Shown: positions 48,208 through 62,195 of the stretch, in pieces
Numbering within the stretch: position 1 is the first letter of the stretch
How the letters are laid out: every line of letters starts with the position of its first letter
NCBI RefSeq assembly: GCF_036588685.1
Contig: NC_086380.1
Span: 37,944,001 to 38,008,000 of the forward strand
Direction: 5' to 3'
DNA from: Mytilus trossulus
Lineage: Eukaryota
Length of the DNA stretch: 64,000 nt
Notes under the pieces: generated by a model
What the model was told of the DNA's origin: nothing
The model's database searches: none
What the model saw: the letters and a program-made list of their open reading frames with translations, nothing else
Translations under genes and position numbers: made by a program

Positions 48208-51200
48208 TCACTTTAAACACACTCTGATTTTCTCTACGGCATCTGTCTTGGCTCTTCGCTGATATCTTTGCGTCTGTGTAGTAATTGAGTCGGATTCACA
48301 AATCTCCAAAGGATATAACTTGACAATTGGTCTGTTTAGTTTAGAGTTAGATGTTCGGACCGTCGCAGATCGCACAAGGTTATCGTTTCCGTATGTAAGT
48401 TCTTCAATTACACCGAGTTTCCACGTCGTACGTGGAGAATTATCATCATATATCTGGACTACATCTCCTTGTTTTACACTTTGATTGTTATTTCCAGACA
48501 CTCGGTGAAATTCACGTAAGGAGGTCAAATACTCGTGTTTCCATCTTGCTAAAAATTGTTCAATAAGACGGAATCTCCTTTTCGCTTGATCATTCATAGT
48601 TTCGTGATTGGTTGTTAAATCGGCACTATAACTGTCTGTTTCATCTGTATATAACGGATACGGGAAAGATTTAATTTGTCTTCCATACAATAGATGCGAC
48701 AGGGTAAGCGGCTCTGGATCGGCAATGTCCGACGATATATAGGTAAGCGGTCTATTGTTAAGGCTAGCTTCAATTTCCACCACTAATGTCTGTAACAGAG
48801 GTAAATCTATACATGCGCGTCCAAGAATCTTTTTTAGACAATTTTTAGTTAGTCCAACCAGTCTTTCCCAAAATCCTCCGTACCATGGAGCACGTTTTGG
48901 TATGAATTTCCATGTGGTTCCAAATTGGCACAATTTGTCATGTAAAGATTTAGAGTCCGTTAACTTTCGTATTTCCTCCGCGGCGGCAACAAATGTTGTA
49001 GCATTGTCCGATATCATAACTCTTGGTATCGATTTCCTGCTTATGAATCTACGAAAAGCTAGCATGAACGATTTTTCAGTCATATCTGGAACTATTTCAA
49101 GATGAATAGCTCGAGTATTGGCACATGTAAACAAACATATATACACTTTTCGAAGTAGTCCATCGTCTCCTTTCATGTTAAGCGCACCACTGAAATCGAC
49201 GCCTGATATAGTAAATGGTTCTTCGGACGATAATCTATCTTTTGGTAGAGGTGGAGGATCTGGTGCTTTGTATGCAACTCCTGTTACTTTTCTACAACTT
49301 ACGCATTTTCGAATTACGCATCCAACTTCTTGTCGTGCTGAAGGTATCCAATATTTTTGCCTCAAATAAGTTACGGTAGCTCCTATGCCGGAATGTAAAT
49401 TTTCAATGTGAATATCATTTATAAGCAGTTTTGTTAATCTATGCTTTGTTGGTATTAAATACGGGAATTTTGCATTCTCTGGAAGTGGTGCGTTATTAAT
49501 GCGTCCACCACATCGTATTAATCAGTCTTTGTCCAGATATAAACGTAATTGACGTATCAAACTATGCGTTGACTTTGAACATAAGCTTTCAAAAACATCA
49601 CTGTATCTTTCGTGTTGCACAGCTTCAATTAACTTAATTGTTGCATTATGTATATCATTTGGTGTTAGATATTTTGTAGTCAGTCTTCTAGTATTATGAG
49701 CTGTATTACGGCAGTTATCTATGAATTTCTGTACGTAACCTAAAATACGCGCGTTTTTTTTGAATGAATGGTATCTATCAACGTTGATTATGTTCAATAC
49801 GTTGTTCTTTGTCCGTATAATGTCATCTTGCGTTTCTTGATTCTCATAGTCCTTACAAGTTGTGGTCATCTCTTTATTGTCGATTTGAAATTCATTCGGC
49901 CATTGTCTCTCGTTTGTTAACCAGTCCGGACCATGCATCCATAGTTTGTTATTTTTCAATTGTTCATACGATAAACCACGTGATAATAAATCAGCAGGGT
50001 TGTGTTCTGTAGGGCAATATTTCCAGCTATGTTCACATGTGAGCTCTTTGATTTCAATAACTCTGTTTGCTATAAAGGTTTTAAGTTGCTTCCTTGAAGA
50101 TATCCACTGTAAAATAATTTGACTGTCGCTCCATAATACACACTTTTTAACGATCCGTAAACTTGACATTATATGTGAAGTTAACCGTCCTCCGACTAAT
50201 GCTGCCATAAGTTCAAGTTGTGGTATAGTTAACTTTTTCAAAGGTGCCACTCTATTTTTAGCCATGACAAAGTTAGACTCTTCCCCTTTTACTAAGTACG
50301 CAAAAGCGCCGTACGCTACTGCGCTTGCATCGGTAAATACATGTAAGGTAGGTTCATCGGTAGTGTCCATATTTTCAAAGTAACGTCTCGAAAACTCAAT
50401 CTCGGTGCATTTTTTTAAGTCTTGATCGATAGAATACCACTGCGGTCTAATTTCACCAGGTATTTGTTCGTCCCACCCTAGTTTTTGTGTCCATAAATCC
50501 TGCAATAGTATTTTGCTACGCACTGTAACTGGGCTTAGAATTCCAAGTGGGTCGTAGATTTTTGACGATCTTCTTAGTATTTCTCGTTTCGTGATTTGAT
50601 TTTCTGGTAGCATAGACAATGGTTTGAATCCAAAACTAACACGGTCATCTTTGGTGTTCCATCGTAATCCTAAAACTTTAATACATTTATCTCCATCGTT
50701 AACGTTTTAAGATGTAGCCAAATCGTTAAGTGCTGTACAATTCGATGCCCATGAACGTAAGTTGAATCCACCTTTGGTCATCAGTGTTCTTGACTCTTCA
50801 TAAAACTTCAATAGTTCAGTTGTGTTGTCGAAGCCTGCAATTATGTTGTCTACGTATAATCCATCTATGAGTGTTTCAGATGTATGACTAGACTGTTCAC
50901 GTAAATGCTTTAATAAGGTCGCATTCAATATAAAAGGTGAACACGTTGCGCCGAATAGGATAGCTTTAAAGCGGTAAGTAATCAACTGTGATGTAGGGTC
51001 TGTTGAGTCCTTTAGCCAGAAAAATCTCGTCATATCTCTGTCTTTCTCGTCTAGTGTGATTTGAAGAAACGCCTTCTCTATATCGGTAACAACAGCATAT
51101 CTATTCTCTCTAAATCGCATCAAAAGTGTTGATATGTCATTTAAGATCGGGGGTTCTTTTCGCAAACAATCATTTAGACTAGGCGTGTCTTGTGACCATA
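48208..51200 (-). pseudogene. pol: 5'-truncated BEL/Pao LTR retrotransposon pol (RT, RNase H, integrase, C-terminal domain) with two in-frame stops
   Basis: SLNDCL, DIEKAFLQI, ILFGATCSPF, LYVDN; YDPLG, LHVFTDAS, TIPQLEL, WSDSQI, NPADLLSRG; integrase H..H/C..C, GVDF, SDNATTF, APWYGGFWERLV. The three ORFs are in one frame, separated only by stops at 50707-50709 and 49522-49524. Confidence 0.93.
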
Positions 51201-53106
51201 TCGATATAGGAGAATCCATAATGAACAAGCCAAATGATTCGTTAAATGAGACACAATACCCTATAAAAAACCTGATTTGAGGTAAATGACGACATTTTCA
51301 AAGGTATTTTATTTTGAACTATGTTCCCTGATGGGAAGCATTAACTAGAGAGGAAATGCATTGAATTAAAATGAGATTTTAAAATATTCAAATACTTCAG
51401 GTAAATATCTTAAAACATTTAAAAAAGTATTGTTTGCACAAATAAATCTTGTGTAACAGTTAAACTAACTAAGGTTTGTTTTTGTTTAATGGCAGAAAAA
51501 ATGACGTGCGACCAATGGAAGTGTCCAGGGTTTCAATTGAGACCAATTCAAGAAACTCAATAGTAAAATAATGGCGATGAAAATATTGATTGGATGAATG
51601 ATGAACATAAGAAATGGTAATCAATTCTTTAAATGTTCTACATAGACAAATGATAGATAGACCTTTGCATGTTAAAATTTCCTAAAACAAACATTTTTCT
51701 ACAGCTAAATTTGCGAGTGAACTGACACGGATTCAGTAGCATATTAATCTATTGTAATAAAAATTCATAATTTCTAATAAAATTTGTAGATTTAGCTTAC
51801 AAAGTCCTTATATTTGTATAAAGTAAAATTCGTTTAAAGTGAAAAATTGTTTTAACGTTAAATAAGCTACAATTAAAAATTGGTTGCTAGTCTCTCTCTG
51901 TGATTAATATTGGATAACTCTGGTTGATTTCCCAATCAATCTATCATGGAGGGGAGATATTTAATTCCATTCACATTTATAGTTCTTTTCAAAAATGATG
52001 AACTGTTTTTTTTTTATATTGGTATGTTATCATTTAAAACGTTTCAAATTTATGAAAGAATATTCATACATCAATGTTTTTGATTAACAATAACATGAAA
52101 AACAAAAACTGATATCTATTGAATTGATACATTTTGTGAGTATTCAAAAATTATATCACAAATCTAAACTTAATTATAAAATAATGAACCTGTTAAAGGG
52201 AGACAATACTTGCATAACTTTTTCGAATCGGCACATAATACAAAGGAATGTCACTCTTGCATACAATGGCACATCAATATAATTAATTAACTGTGCATTC
52301 GGGCTCCAACTTCAATGATGATTCTGAATTATAGATATAACCAAAAGTTGTTAATCTATAGGATAGTGAAATTATTGAAAACTAACCCACTGTAAAAATA
52401 GTTTTCAAAACTTCCTCCAAAAAATGAACAAGCCACTTGACTTTCATAGCTCATAATTATTGTTTTTACACAATATTTTAATACAGTAGTTAAATATTAT
52501 TTGCTTCTCAAAGTGTTAGACGCAATAAAAACCGTATGCTTGCATAATTTTACCCAAATACAGATTTAATTAAGTCCTGAACATTTCGACATTTCTTTGT
52601 TTATTTTTATCAAAACCGGTTTTACACAAATCACAAGTACAAATCCGACTAAAAACCAATATCCCGATATCTTTGGGTAAATTTGCTACCGGGATTGCTT
52701 TTGTCACGTGTTTTTTCAATAATCGTGAATAATGCGATATAAATGGCGTGTCTACATTTAAAAAAAAAAAAGATATTTTTTCTATTAAGTAGGTTGTCTG
52801 TTAAAATATTTTGAATAGTTTTAAGACAGGTCGTCTCGATATCCGCACATGTATTATTAGTCTTCTTTATCTATATAAATTCAATGTTTACATCGGTATA
52901 AGGTCTGTTTAAATTTGCTTAGTATCTTAATTCTTAAAGTGTTAATCATTTCTGCATATTGTAACGCTCCGAGATTGTTACGAATGTGAATCTTTGGTGA
53001 AGGAAGTAATGATAAACAACTGATTGTAGATAATATATTGTATTATCTATGTTTAAGCAATACAACAAATACAGTGGTTCATAAACAAAGAACGATAATA
53101 ATTATA

Positions 53107-53552
53107 GGTGTAATACCACCATTGATTTCCCCTATTAGTCTTTGTTAAATTTGCACTTTTCAAAAAATTGTGCAGAATTTTATCTTTGTTTCAAATAAAA
53201 AAATACCTGGCATGAGTAAAGTTTTATCCTGTCCAGTTCTATAGAAAAATTTTCACATAACATTTCATTGCATATAAAAAAGTAACCATCATTGGAAGTT
53301 AACCAATCAAATTTCTCCCCTTATTCTATCTGTGTACAAGGTTTAGTCACCATGTTACCTCAAGATTACAAAAATTTGTATAGAAATCACAAATAAAAAA
53401 TAATGGTGTTTTGAAATACCCAAGACATATGTTTATGACACAGAAATAGTTTTACTGCAATCAAATGTAGGATTAATTACCTACAACGGTCAAATTCAAG
53501 GGAATATTTTTTTAGACCTACTTTCGTATACAACCGGATGTGACGTGACACC
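53107..53552. mobile_element. Possible MITE with short TIRs in a TATA site
   Basis: ATTATAGGTGT at 53101 and ACACCTATAAT at 53548 are inverted. Confidence 0.45.
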
Positions 53553-53884
53553 TATAATACATGTATAGAATAAGTAATGCAGCAAGATGCATTCTTTGCA
53601 CACAGTTTAATAAAATAATTCTCTGAGCTCAGGTGCAATAAAATCAACGGCATGCTAATTTGCTGATCATTGGTGCAGGAAAAGTTATTTTGGACACAGC
53701 TTTCCCATCCTCAGCATACTCGATGCATGGTTAGGGATCTACACGAGCAAACAGTTCGACGGAATTTTGATATTTTTAATTATCCAGTCTAATAAATATT
53801 CAAACTAGCTAAAATTAAATCATAGATTTGCTCTTTTTCAGATATTTCGTGCATCATATCAGAACAACAGCAATTCAAGGATTT

Positions 53885-56800
53885 AATTAGGTCTTTCCGC
53901 TTTTCTGTGAAAAGACCTATTGTATTTGTTCTGATTATTATTATCATTAGGTCTTTCCAGTTTTCGATGGAAAGACCTATTGTATATGGCCAAGTTTTAT
54001 TCTCGCGATAAAATTTTGTTTCGCAATATGTAGCTAAGACATTTCTTATTATACAGTTTATTCGGTTTTTATTTTCACTCATTCTATACCAAATACTTTT
54101 CTTTGTGATAGTTATTTCCTCACACATTGTTTTTCTTGTGACCACATCTCCTCCGTAATCGTAAAAGAAAGTGACAAATTTAATTAGTAAAATTATTCGT
54201 TATATCCTTTGCATAATTTCTACCGAAGCAAAATGAACGCTCCATATAAGAATTATTTCCCCGTATGCATTTGATAAAAGTGATATGCATTTATATCTTG
54301 TAAAGCATAAGTGACATAGACTTTTAAAAGATCTTATGGTTTGAGGTCCTTGGTCCAAAAAATAAAAATTAGGTCAAGGTCATATTCTAAATTTTGAATT
54401 TGGCTTATTTTCACTCATTTCCTAATAAAACGTACAAAATATCAACAAAATATTTTTACTAAATTGTTAGTTGCGACATGTTGTTATACGTAAATTTTGA
54501 ATGCAGGGATACGTTGAACGTAAAAGGGAATTTTTTCCCCTCTTGTATTTGAAAAGACGCTTATTGTCATATGACTCATTAACCAAATATAGTCAAGACC
54601 TATTGTCTTTTGATTTTATGTACTTGGTTTATGACCTTGACATCTCAAGGTCAAAACTTAATTTGATGTACTAGATATTCACCTTTGCTTTTACTGTATA
54701 TGTGTACATTATAAAGCCAGAAGACCTTTTTCAACAGGTTTCAAACCATTCAATCTTGTAAAAAAAACGGAAGTGACCTTGTGAAGACCGGAAGTATCTA
54801 TTTTATATGTATTTTATTATTATAAAAGTATTTAGATCCATAAGTAAAGCCTGGCATGAGACCAGTACTGACGCACTCGGCTCTCTTTTCACATACAATG
54901 CTAGTCAGCGGCATAAATGCACTAGACGCATATCATTACTCTGTGGTTTTCACCACCAGCACACAGGCTTTACTGATGGAGATCGGGGAGCAACAACATG
55001 CAGTGTGTAGGTCCATCGGCGTGTGGATATGCCCTATCACCCATTAACCTTGTCCTAGCTATGGGTGAATAGCCAGTCAGATGGGGGTTGAGCACAAGAC
55101 TAACTATCTCGTCTCATAAAAAAACTCTAGTTACGGAAACCAGACCAGTAAAAGTATTATGAACCAATATTTTTGGAATCAGTGTCAAGTTTATATTCAG
55201 ATAGTATCACAAGTAACATTTTTCAAAGCAGAAGTAACAAATTAACTCCCTTATTTAAATAATGTCGTATAGACACCATTTGTTTTTGGAATCAGCATAC
55301 AATCAGCTACTATTGACCATTGAAATGACATTTTAAACCTAATTTTACTATTTTCATATTAAAATTCATGGTTTTTGGTGGGAAGAACTTCAATTATTCT
55401 CTGAACAATTGGTTTTTTATTAGGTCTTTCCACTTAAAATGGATTAGTATTAATTCCTTTCTTAGACTGATAAATATACATTTTATTCAAAGTCTCATGT
55501 TAACAAGACCGGAAACGGAAGTAGATTACTGCGCCGATCCGGAAATTCAAAAACGCGACAAAAAATTGAACGATTTTGAGTCTATTAGTGCAATGAAAAA
55601 TTCGGGAAATTTTTCCGATTTTCTTTTTTATTGAATTTTTTACTGTAATAGGGGACTTCGTCCCCTTATCATTTTCTTCTGGTAAAGTTTGATCTCACGT
55701 AACATTTTTGTTATGCAATATTTCGCTAATATATTTCTTATTTAGTATCACACAGTTTATGCGCTTTTTATTTTCACCTGTTCTGAGCGGAACAGTTAAA
55801 ACCCGAAAGTGACCTTGTGTAAGCCGGCAGTAGCCATTTGTTGTACTGTACTGCAACCAGATATTTTAAGAAACAGTTTCAAGTAAATATAAATTCAATC
55901 AAGATCGGAAGTAACATTTTTCAAACCGGAAGTAACAAATTATCTCCCTTATTTAAAAAATGTAGTATAGAAACTACATTTTTTTTTAATCAGCGTACAA
56001 TAAGCTATCATTTGGCGATTGGAATGACATTTTAGACCTAATTTTACTATTTTTATTTTAAAATACCGGGTTTTTGGTGGAATGACCTTTAATTATTATT
56101 ATTAACATATTCTTCCGCCTAATTTTGTTCTCACGTAAACTGTTTGTCTCCCAAGATGTCCCTTAGATAATTCTTATTTAGTATCATATAGTTTATGCGT
56201 TTTTTTTTATTTTCACCCATTCTTAGCTGAACAATTTTCTTTGTCGGAGTTATCTTCCTGAACAATGTTTTCCTTGTGACAGCATCTACTCCGTAAGCGT
56301 AAAAGAAAGCGACACATTTATTTTATAAAATTGCTCGTTATATCCTCTCATGATGTTTCCAGTTTTGACAGAAGCGATATAAACACTCAATATGAGAGTT
56401 ACAAAAAATGTACTTTCCCTTATCCTTGCGGTATAAATGATATGCATTTCTATCTTGTAAACCATAAGTAATAGAGACCTTGGATCTTTTGATTTGAGGT
56501 CCTTGATCCAAAAAAACAACTGTTCAAGGTCAAAGATCAAAGTCATATTCTTAATTTTGATTTTGGCTTATATTCAGTTACTTCCAAAAACCATACAAGA
56601 TATAAACAAAATACTTTCAATAAATTGTAAGTTGCAACATGTCGTAACACATTAATTTTGGTTGAAAGGGTCCGTTGACCGTAAAAGGGAGTTTCTCCCT
56701 TTTTACATTTAAAATAACATGTATGATGGTATAACTCAGTTACCAAGTATAATAAAGACATAGGGTTATATGATTAAAGGTCTTTGGAGAATGAGCTTTA

Positions 56801-58080
56801 AATTGAGCTCTAGGTCTATGTTAAATAAGATGTTCTAGATTTTGACCTTTGCCTTAACTTCATATAAACACGATTAGGCCATTAACACTTTTTTTAGTAG
56901 GTTGCAATTAATATAACCTTGAAAAGCCAACCGGAGGTGAACTATTGTTAACTGGAAATAGCTTTGTTTTGTACTTATTTGATGTAAATTATATTGAACA
57001 ATATATGTTTGGAATTAGTGTCAAGAAAACTATCAAATGAAACCGGAAGGGATATTTTTCAAACCGGAAGTAACAATTTATCTCTCCCTTATTTAGAAAA
57101 AGATGTATTGATACCTTCAAAGCTATGTTTCAAACTGAATTTTTATAGTTCTATATCAAAATTGATCTTCATGGGTTGAAAGACCTGCAAATGTTCTCTA
57201 AACAATTGGTTTTTAATTATTTTTTTTTCTTCCTCTAAATTTTGTTGTCGCTTAAAATTTTTGTTTTGCAATATTTCTCTAAAATATTTCTTATATAGTA
57301 TCATACAGATTATTCACTTTTTATTATTTTTGTCCTTTCTTAGCCAAACAATTTTCTTTGTAAGAGTTATCTCCCTTTTAACTGTTAATCATGTATCTTT
57401 TTCGTACAAAATTCTTTTTTTTAGTTGTTCGTTACATCCTCAGGAATTTTTAGCCAATTTGGATCGAAGCAAGTCTAACTTTATTTAATAAATTTGTCCG
57501 TTTTTTTTAACTCATTAACTCATCATCTTTAATCGTATAACCCTGGAACATTTGTTTTTCAATCCCTAGGTCCTGAGTTATAAAATGAGGTCAAAGTCAA
57601 AGTTCAAAGTCAAGATCTAAATTTTGACTTTTATTTTTTTTGGCGTTTTTTTCAGACACGTTTAAAGATATATAAATAAGAGAACAATTGCAAAATCTTT
57701 GCTTTATTGTAATGAAGATTTGTTACGTTTTGTCGGAAACAATCCAATGGCATCTTTTAGAAGTTCTTCTCCCTGAACTGTTTTATTCTAAGGTTAATTG
57801 ATTATTACTTCAACTTAGTTCATTATAAAGCAATATGAACTTTTACAAAAGGTAAAGTGACATATGACCTTGAAATATGACAACCGGAAGTGACCTTGAG
57901 AAAACAAGAAGTAGGCATAGTTGCTGTTATTTCATGACAAAGTAATTGGAATTCAATTATTTTGTAATTTAATTACATTAACATATCACTCAAGTCTAGA
58001 AATGACTTGATCATCAAGAAGTGGCCTTTTTTTAATCAGTGTGAAAGAAGCTATGACACAAGACAGAAGAGACATTTCTA
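53885..58080 (+). repeat. Cluster of 4 or more head-to-tail diverged copies of the 6845-type HINE-like element
   Basis: 5' hairpin AGGTCTTTCC...GAAAGACCT twice (53889, 53948); 3' ends GGTGG(G)AAGA.CT..AATT at ~55377, 56075, 57173; units restart at ~55665, 56105, 57220; shared AACCGGAAGT and CAAGGTCA motifs. Confidence 0.7.
54855..55145 (+). mobile_element. Possible RTE-type LINE 5'-UTR fragment inserted in the HINE copy
   Basis: GC-richer block absent from sister copies; ends GGGGGTTGAGCACAAGACTAAC...AAAAAA...GTTACGGAAAC, resembling RTE 5' leaders (recalled similarity, not searched). Confidence 0.4.
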
Positions 58081-59838
58081 TTCATATAACGTCACCATAA
58101 GCATGATAAGTACCGTAGCTATAATAACACTTCCGGTTAACCGCCCAACAGCAAGACATGCACCTCACTGTAAATTTTATATGTAAGTTAACTTTGTCCC
58201 GATAAGAGTTTAAGCTGTAGATAATTAAAACTATTACTATGTGGTAAAAGTGTCTCAGTGTTGTCTTTTGTGACACATGATAAATATTTATATAGATAAA
58301 AATTGCCAAATATTCAGATTTCTAATTTATCATTACCTACGCTAGATTTAGGATTAGGCATTAAATTACAAATAATGTCTTCACACTGACTATCAGTTAT
58401 CGCTTTAAAAAAGTACAAGCTATAATCTTAAAAAGTTAATTATCATTTATCGATTGCATAGTACGCTATCGAGCATAAGCTTTCAAGGATTGACATAGAG
58501 CAGTATTCTTAAAGTTATTGCTCAATAAATCGTAGCCTTTCTTTAGAAAAGATTGACTGTCTTCCACCACCTTGTATCGTAAAATACCAAGAAACAATTG
58601 GCCTAGATAGAGAGAAAATTGCAATTCCTTTGTAAATTATTTTTAGATTTGACAAATGAAGAGTTTGTTTTTTGAGCACACTATCGGAGCTGCCTGTATC
58701 TTTTAATATTTTGTTTTGAACTGCTTTAGTTTAGTTTTCCGGTTATTACCCAAAAAGTGGACTATTTATAATCAAATCAAAATTTGACTACTTTGTATAA
58801 TATCTAGCTTTTAAATTTAACCCTCTACCACATACATTTACTTTTTTTGTAAAGCATGATATTAAATACCTTTTGAACAACATAATTCTAAAGATTCTAA
58901 TTAAGACCCATTCTCCAAAATCAAATCTACATTAAGAACCATTCAAGTATATTTAAACTAACACATTTCATCATGTATCATCTCAACATATTTATTTTTT
59001 AATGCCTAGTATGCATTTTCTGTCTTCATATCGTATAAAGGGATATTTTACCACGCAGTGCCCAGGCAAGTACATCACGAGTCGAAGTCTATAAAAAAAA
59101 GTTATACATTTCGTGCATTGGACTATAATGAATGCTTATGATCGGTTTAAAGGTATATAAAATTTGACAAGGGACATCATGGATAGTCTACGACATTTCA
59201 TTTTACATCATTAAATACTATTGAATAAATATCACATGGAATAAACGACCACCTACACATAACAGTTAACCTTGTATACTTAATATATCCTCATTTAAAC
59301 TATTAAAACACAACCAGTGACTATACAGTAAGTTAATTTAGGATTAAAGCATTACAGGTAATAAATTTTAATGATGCCCCATCCCAAATATGAATTTTTT
59401 TATTGTGTAACTAACAACTAACAGACGACATATTCAGTGAGGATATGATTATTTTAACTTTATGCATCTTATGACACGTTAATTTGATTGGCTTACAGCA
59501 ATCTCGTGTCATTTTAATTGACCTTCATTTCAAAATGATGACACGAGATATCACAATAAAGGTCAGAGATAAATTAACGAAATCCATAATAGAAATCGTG
59601 TTTGTATGGTCTTTGTCTTTCAATAAATGTTATTGTAAGTAAAATGACAAAAATACTGAACTCCGAGGAAACTCAAAACTCAAAACGGAAAGTGCCTAAT
59701 CAAACGGCAAAATCAAAAACTCAAAACACACCAAACGAATGAATAACAACTGTCATAATCCAGAGGGGCACATGCATTTTCTTATGTAAAAAATGTTGGG
59801 TTGAATGAATATTATATATATGAATACATGTATATATA

Positions 59839-60215
59839 AAATTTTAATCCTGGTATATATGATGAGTTTACTTGCAACCACTGGGTCGATGTCACTGCTG
59901 ATAGAGATTTATTTCCCCGAGGGTATCACCAGCCCAGTAGTTGTCGCACTTTTGTGTTGACTTGATTTATCATTGATATGTTCATAATTATAAATTATTA
60001 AAAAACTAAGGCTTGTCTACCTCAGGGATAGATTACTTTAGCTGTATTTGGCAAAACTTTTAGGAATTTTTGGCCCTCAATGCTCTTCAACCTCGTACTC
60101 TATTTGGTATTTTCAACAATTTTTGATTCGAGCAACACTGATGGCTCTTTTGTAGAAGAAATGCGTCTGGCGTTAATATGAAATTTTAATCCTGGTATGT
60201 ATGATGAGTTTACTT
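59839..60215 (+). mobile_element. One full retrozyme-like monomer (342-bp period) with a degenerate hammerhead at ~60132-60173
   Basis: 35-bp direct repeat AAATTTTAATCCTGGTATRTATGATGAGTTTACTT at 59839 and 60181; the interior is homologous to 43740-43945; the core is decayed to CTGATGG...GAAATGCGTC TGGCGT. Confidence 0.75.
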
Positions 60216-60429
60216 CATCCTGGTTTAATAGCTAAACACGTTTCTCACTTGACTGACAGTCGCATCAAACAGTGAATGCTTCATTTAGTAGTTTTATAGA
60301 GTTGTTAAAACGTTGATCGTGCGCAAATTATTATGATGAATAGCATCTTCTTGCCGAATGTACATCGGTCAACGAGGCATTTTTTAAAATGTATTGGTTC
60401 AAACATTTATGGTTCAAAAAGATTAAATT

Positions 60430-62195
60430 TCAGAATGAAACTAATATCCTCATAAGAAAATGAAATATCTGTTATTAACACTGAATAATAATTTTATGAA
60501 TGATATAATATCAAATACCCATTTTTCTCTTATGTTTCAGTTTTGTTGTTCAGCAAGCTGATAAACTTGCCGATTTTGATATAAAAATGCTAGTGCAAGC
60601 TACTAATGTACAAACACAATTACTTTTGCTAAAGATAGCGTATAGACACACACAAATCTTCAGTAATAGACCTCAACGTGAAGATATTTGGAAACAGCAA
60701 GATTTTCCGTAACATTTAAAACAGAAAAGCATTGCTGTCTAGCTGATTACCTACAAATGTATGTATTAACCAACATTTATTATCTTGTTTATGCGTGATT
60801 TTATTGATACTTATTGCGAGTTAACAACAGAACTTCCAAGTTATGAACATTATGCACACAAGTATTATTTCTGCATAAGATAGGTTCAAAGTATCTCTTT
60901 TCGTTTAGACTACGTTGGTTTTTTTTGTTAAATAACCCCGTGAACACAATTTTTATTTGTATTTTCTAAAAGTGGATTATCAGAACAACATGTATCTTTT
61001 ACTAATATATCTTTAATTTCAATGCTGATTTTTTTTTCAAACACAATAGGAGTTTCTATGCATAATGTGTGCAGATATATGTAAAATATTTAGCTTAGAA
61101 AAAAAAGCGAACCAAACATTTTATTATATGATTGTTTTGCGGTCATGTTAAGTTAAATATTAACACTCTCAAATACCCCAATACAGCATAAGGCAAAGTA
61201 CAAAAAAAATGAAACAACGCTTTATACATTTTGTGAGTTTCAAGCAGTTTTCTGGATAACCATTTATATTGGAAAGCCGAACATTTAAATGCCTAAATTG
61301 ATAAGAATAATTGGTTTGAGCGCGAATGAGACAACCCGCAATCTAAGTTACAAGGTATAAAAGGACAACAATATAGGTCAAAGTACGGCCTTTAACACAG
61401 GATAGTGACTCATAACTTAGTGCAAGTATCATGCTGAACAACGTTATAAGTTATTCACCCTAAGCATATGATGATTAACATTGATGAATTCTATCAAACA
61501 ATCTGTCTGTATTGTGTTAGAACAATCAATTATTCAAATAATCATATTAATGAACATTTGGATAAATAAAATATAAAAAGAAAACGTCTGTAATCTTTGT
61601 ATTGATATTTTAGATAAGCCACGAGATAAAATACATGCAAAATCATCGGAAATACTAAATTCACGAAAACATTTGTGATTATTCAAAAAGATCACATGTC
61701 ATAATGAAACTAATATCTTCCAACATAGTAGAAATATGTGCTTTTTTATGATTTAACACATCCAACTTAAGCCAGCTGTTATATTTTTAGTGTTCTCTTA
61801 TATTTCAGTTTTGTTTTTGAGCAGACTGAGAAATTTGCAGTTGTTTATTAAAAAATACTGGTGCATGCGACGAATATAAAACTTCTTTGGATTTGTTTAT
61901 TTTCGTTTGTACCGCTTTGCGGGGAATGAGGAAAACTTATACTTTCATTGATATTTAATTTCTAGGATTTCCGAACACTGCATTCAATTGTTATGGACAT
62001 TTGTCATTCGTTGACCATTTAATTTCGGGGTTAACTTGTACCAACGAAACAACGAAAATTAGTATAAATTACAGCATCTAAACAAGAATCTCAAGTAAGG
62101 GACCGCCACGTGGTGAGATTTGGAAACAGCAAAATATTACCTAAAAACAACTAGGCATTGCTGGCTAACGCCTTACCTACAAATATATGTATTAG
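60430..62195 (+). repeat. Diverged local duplication (60430-60780 vs 61700-62195)
   Basis: Shared blocks AATGAAACTAATATC, TCTCTTATRTTTCAGTTTTGTT, ATTTGGAAACAGCAA and GCATTGCTG...TTACCTACAAATRTATGTATTA in the same order. Confidence 0.7.

Noticed and set aside
48755-49369. Plus-strand ORFs opposite the BEL integrase
   Set aside because: Antisense shadows of a real coding frame.
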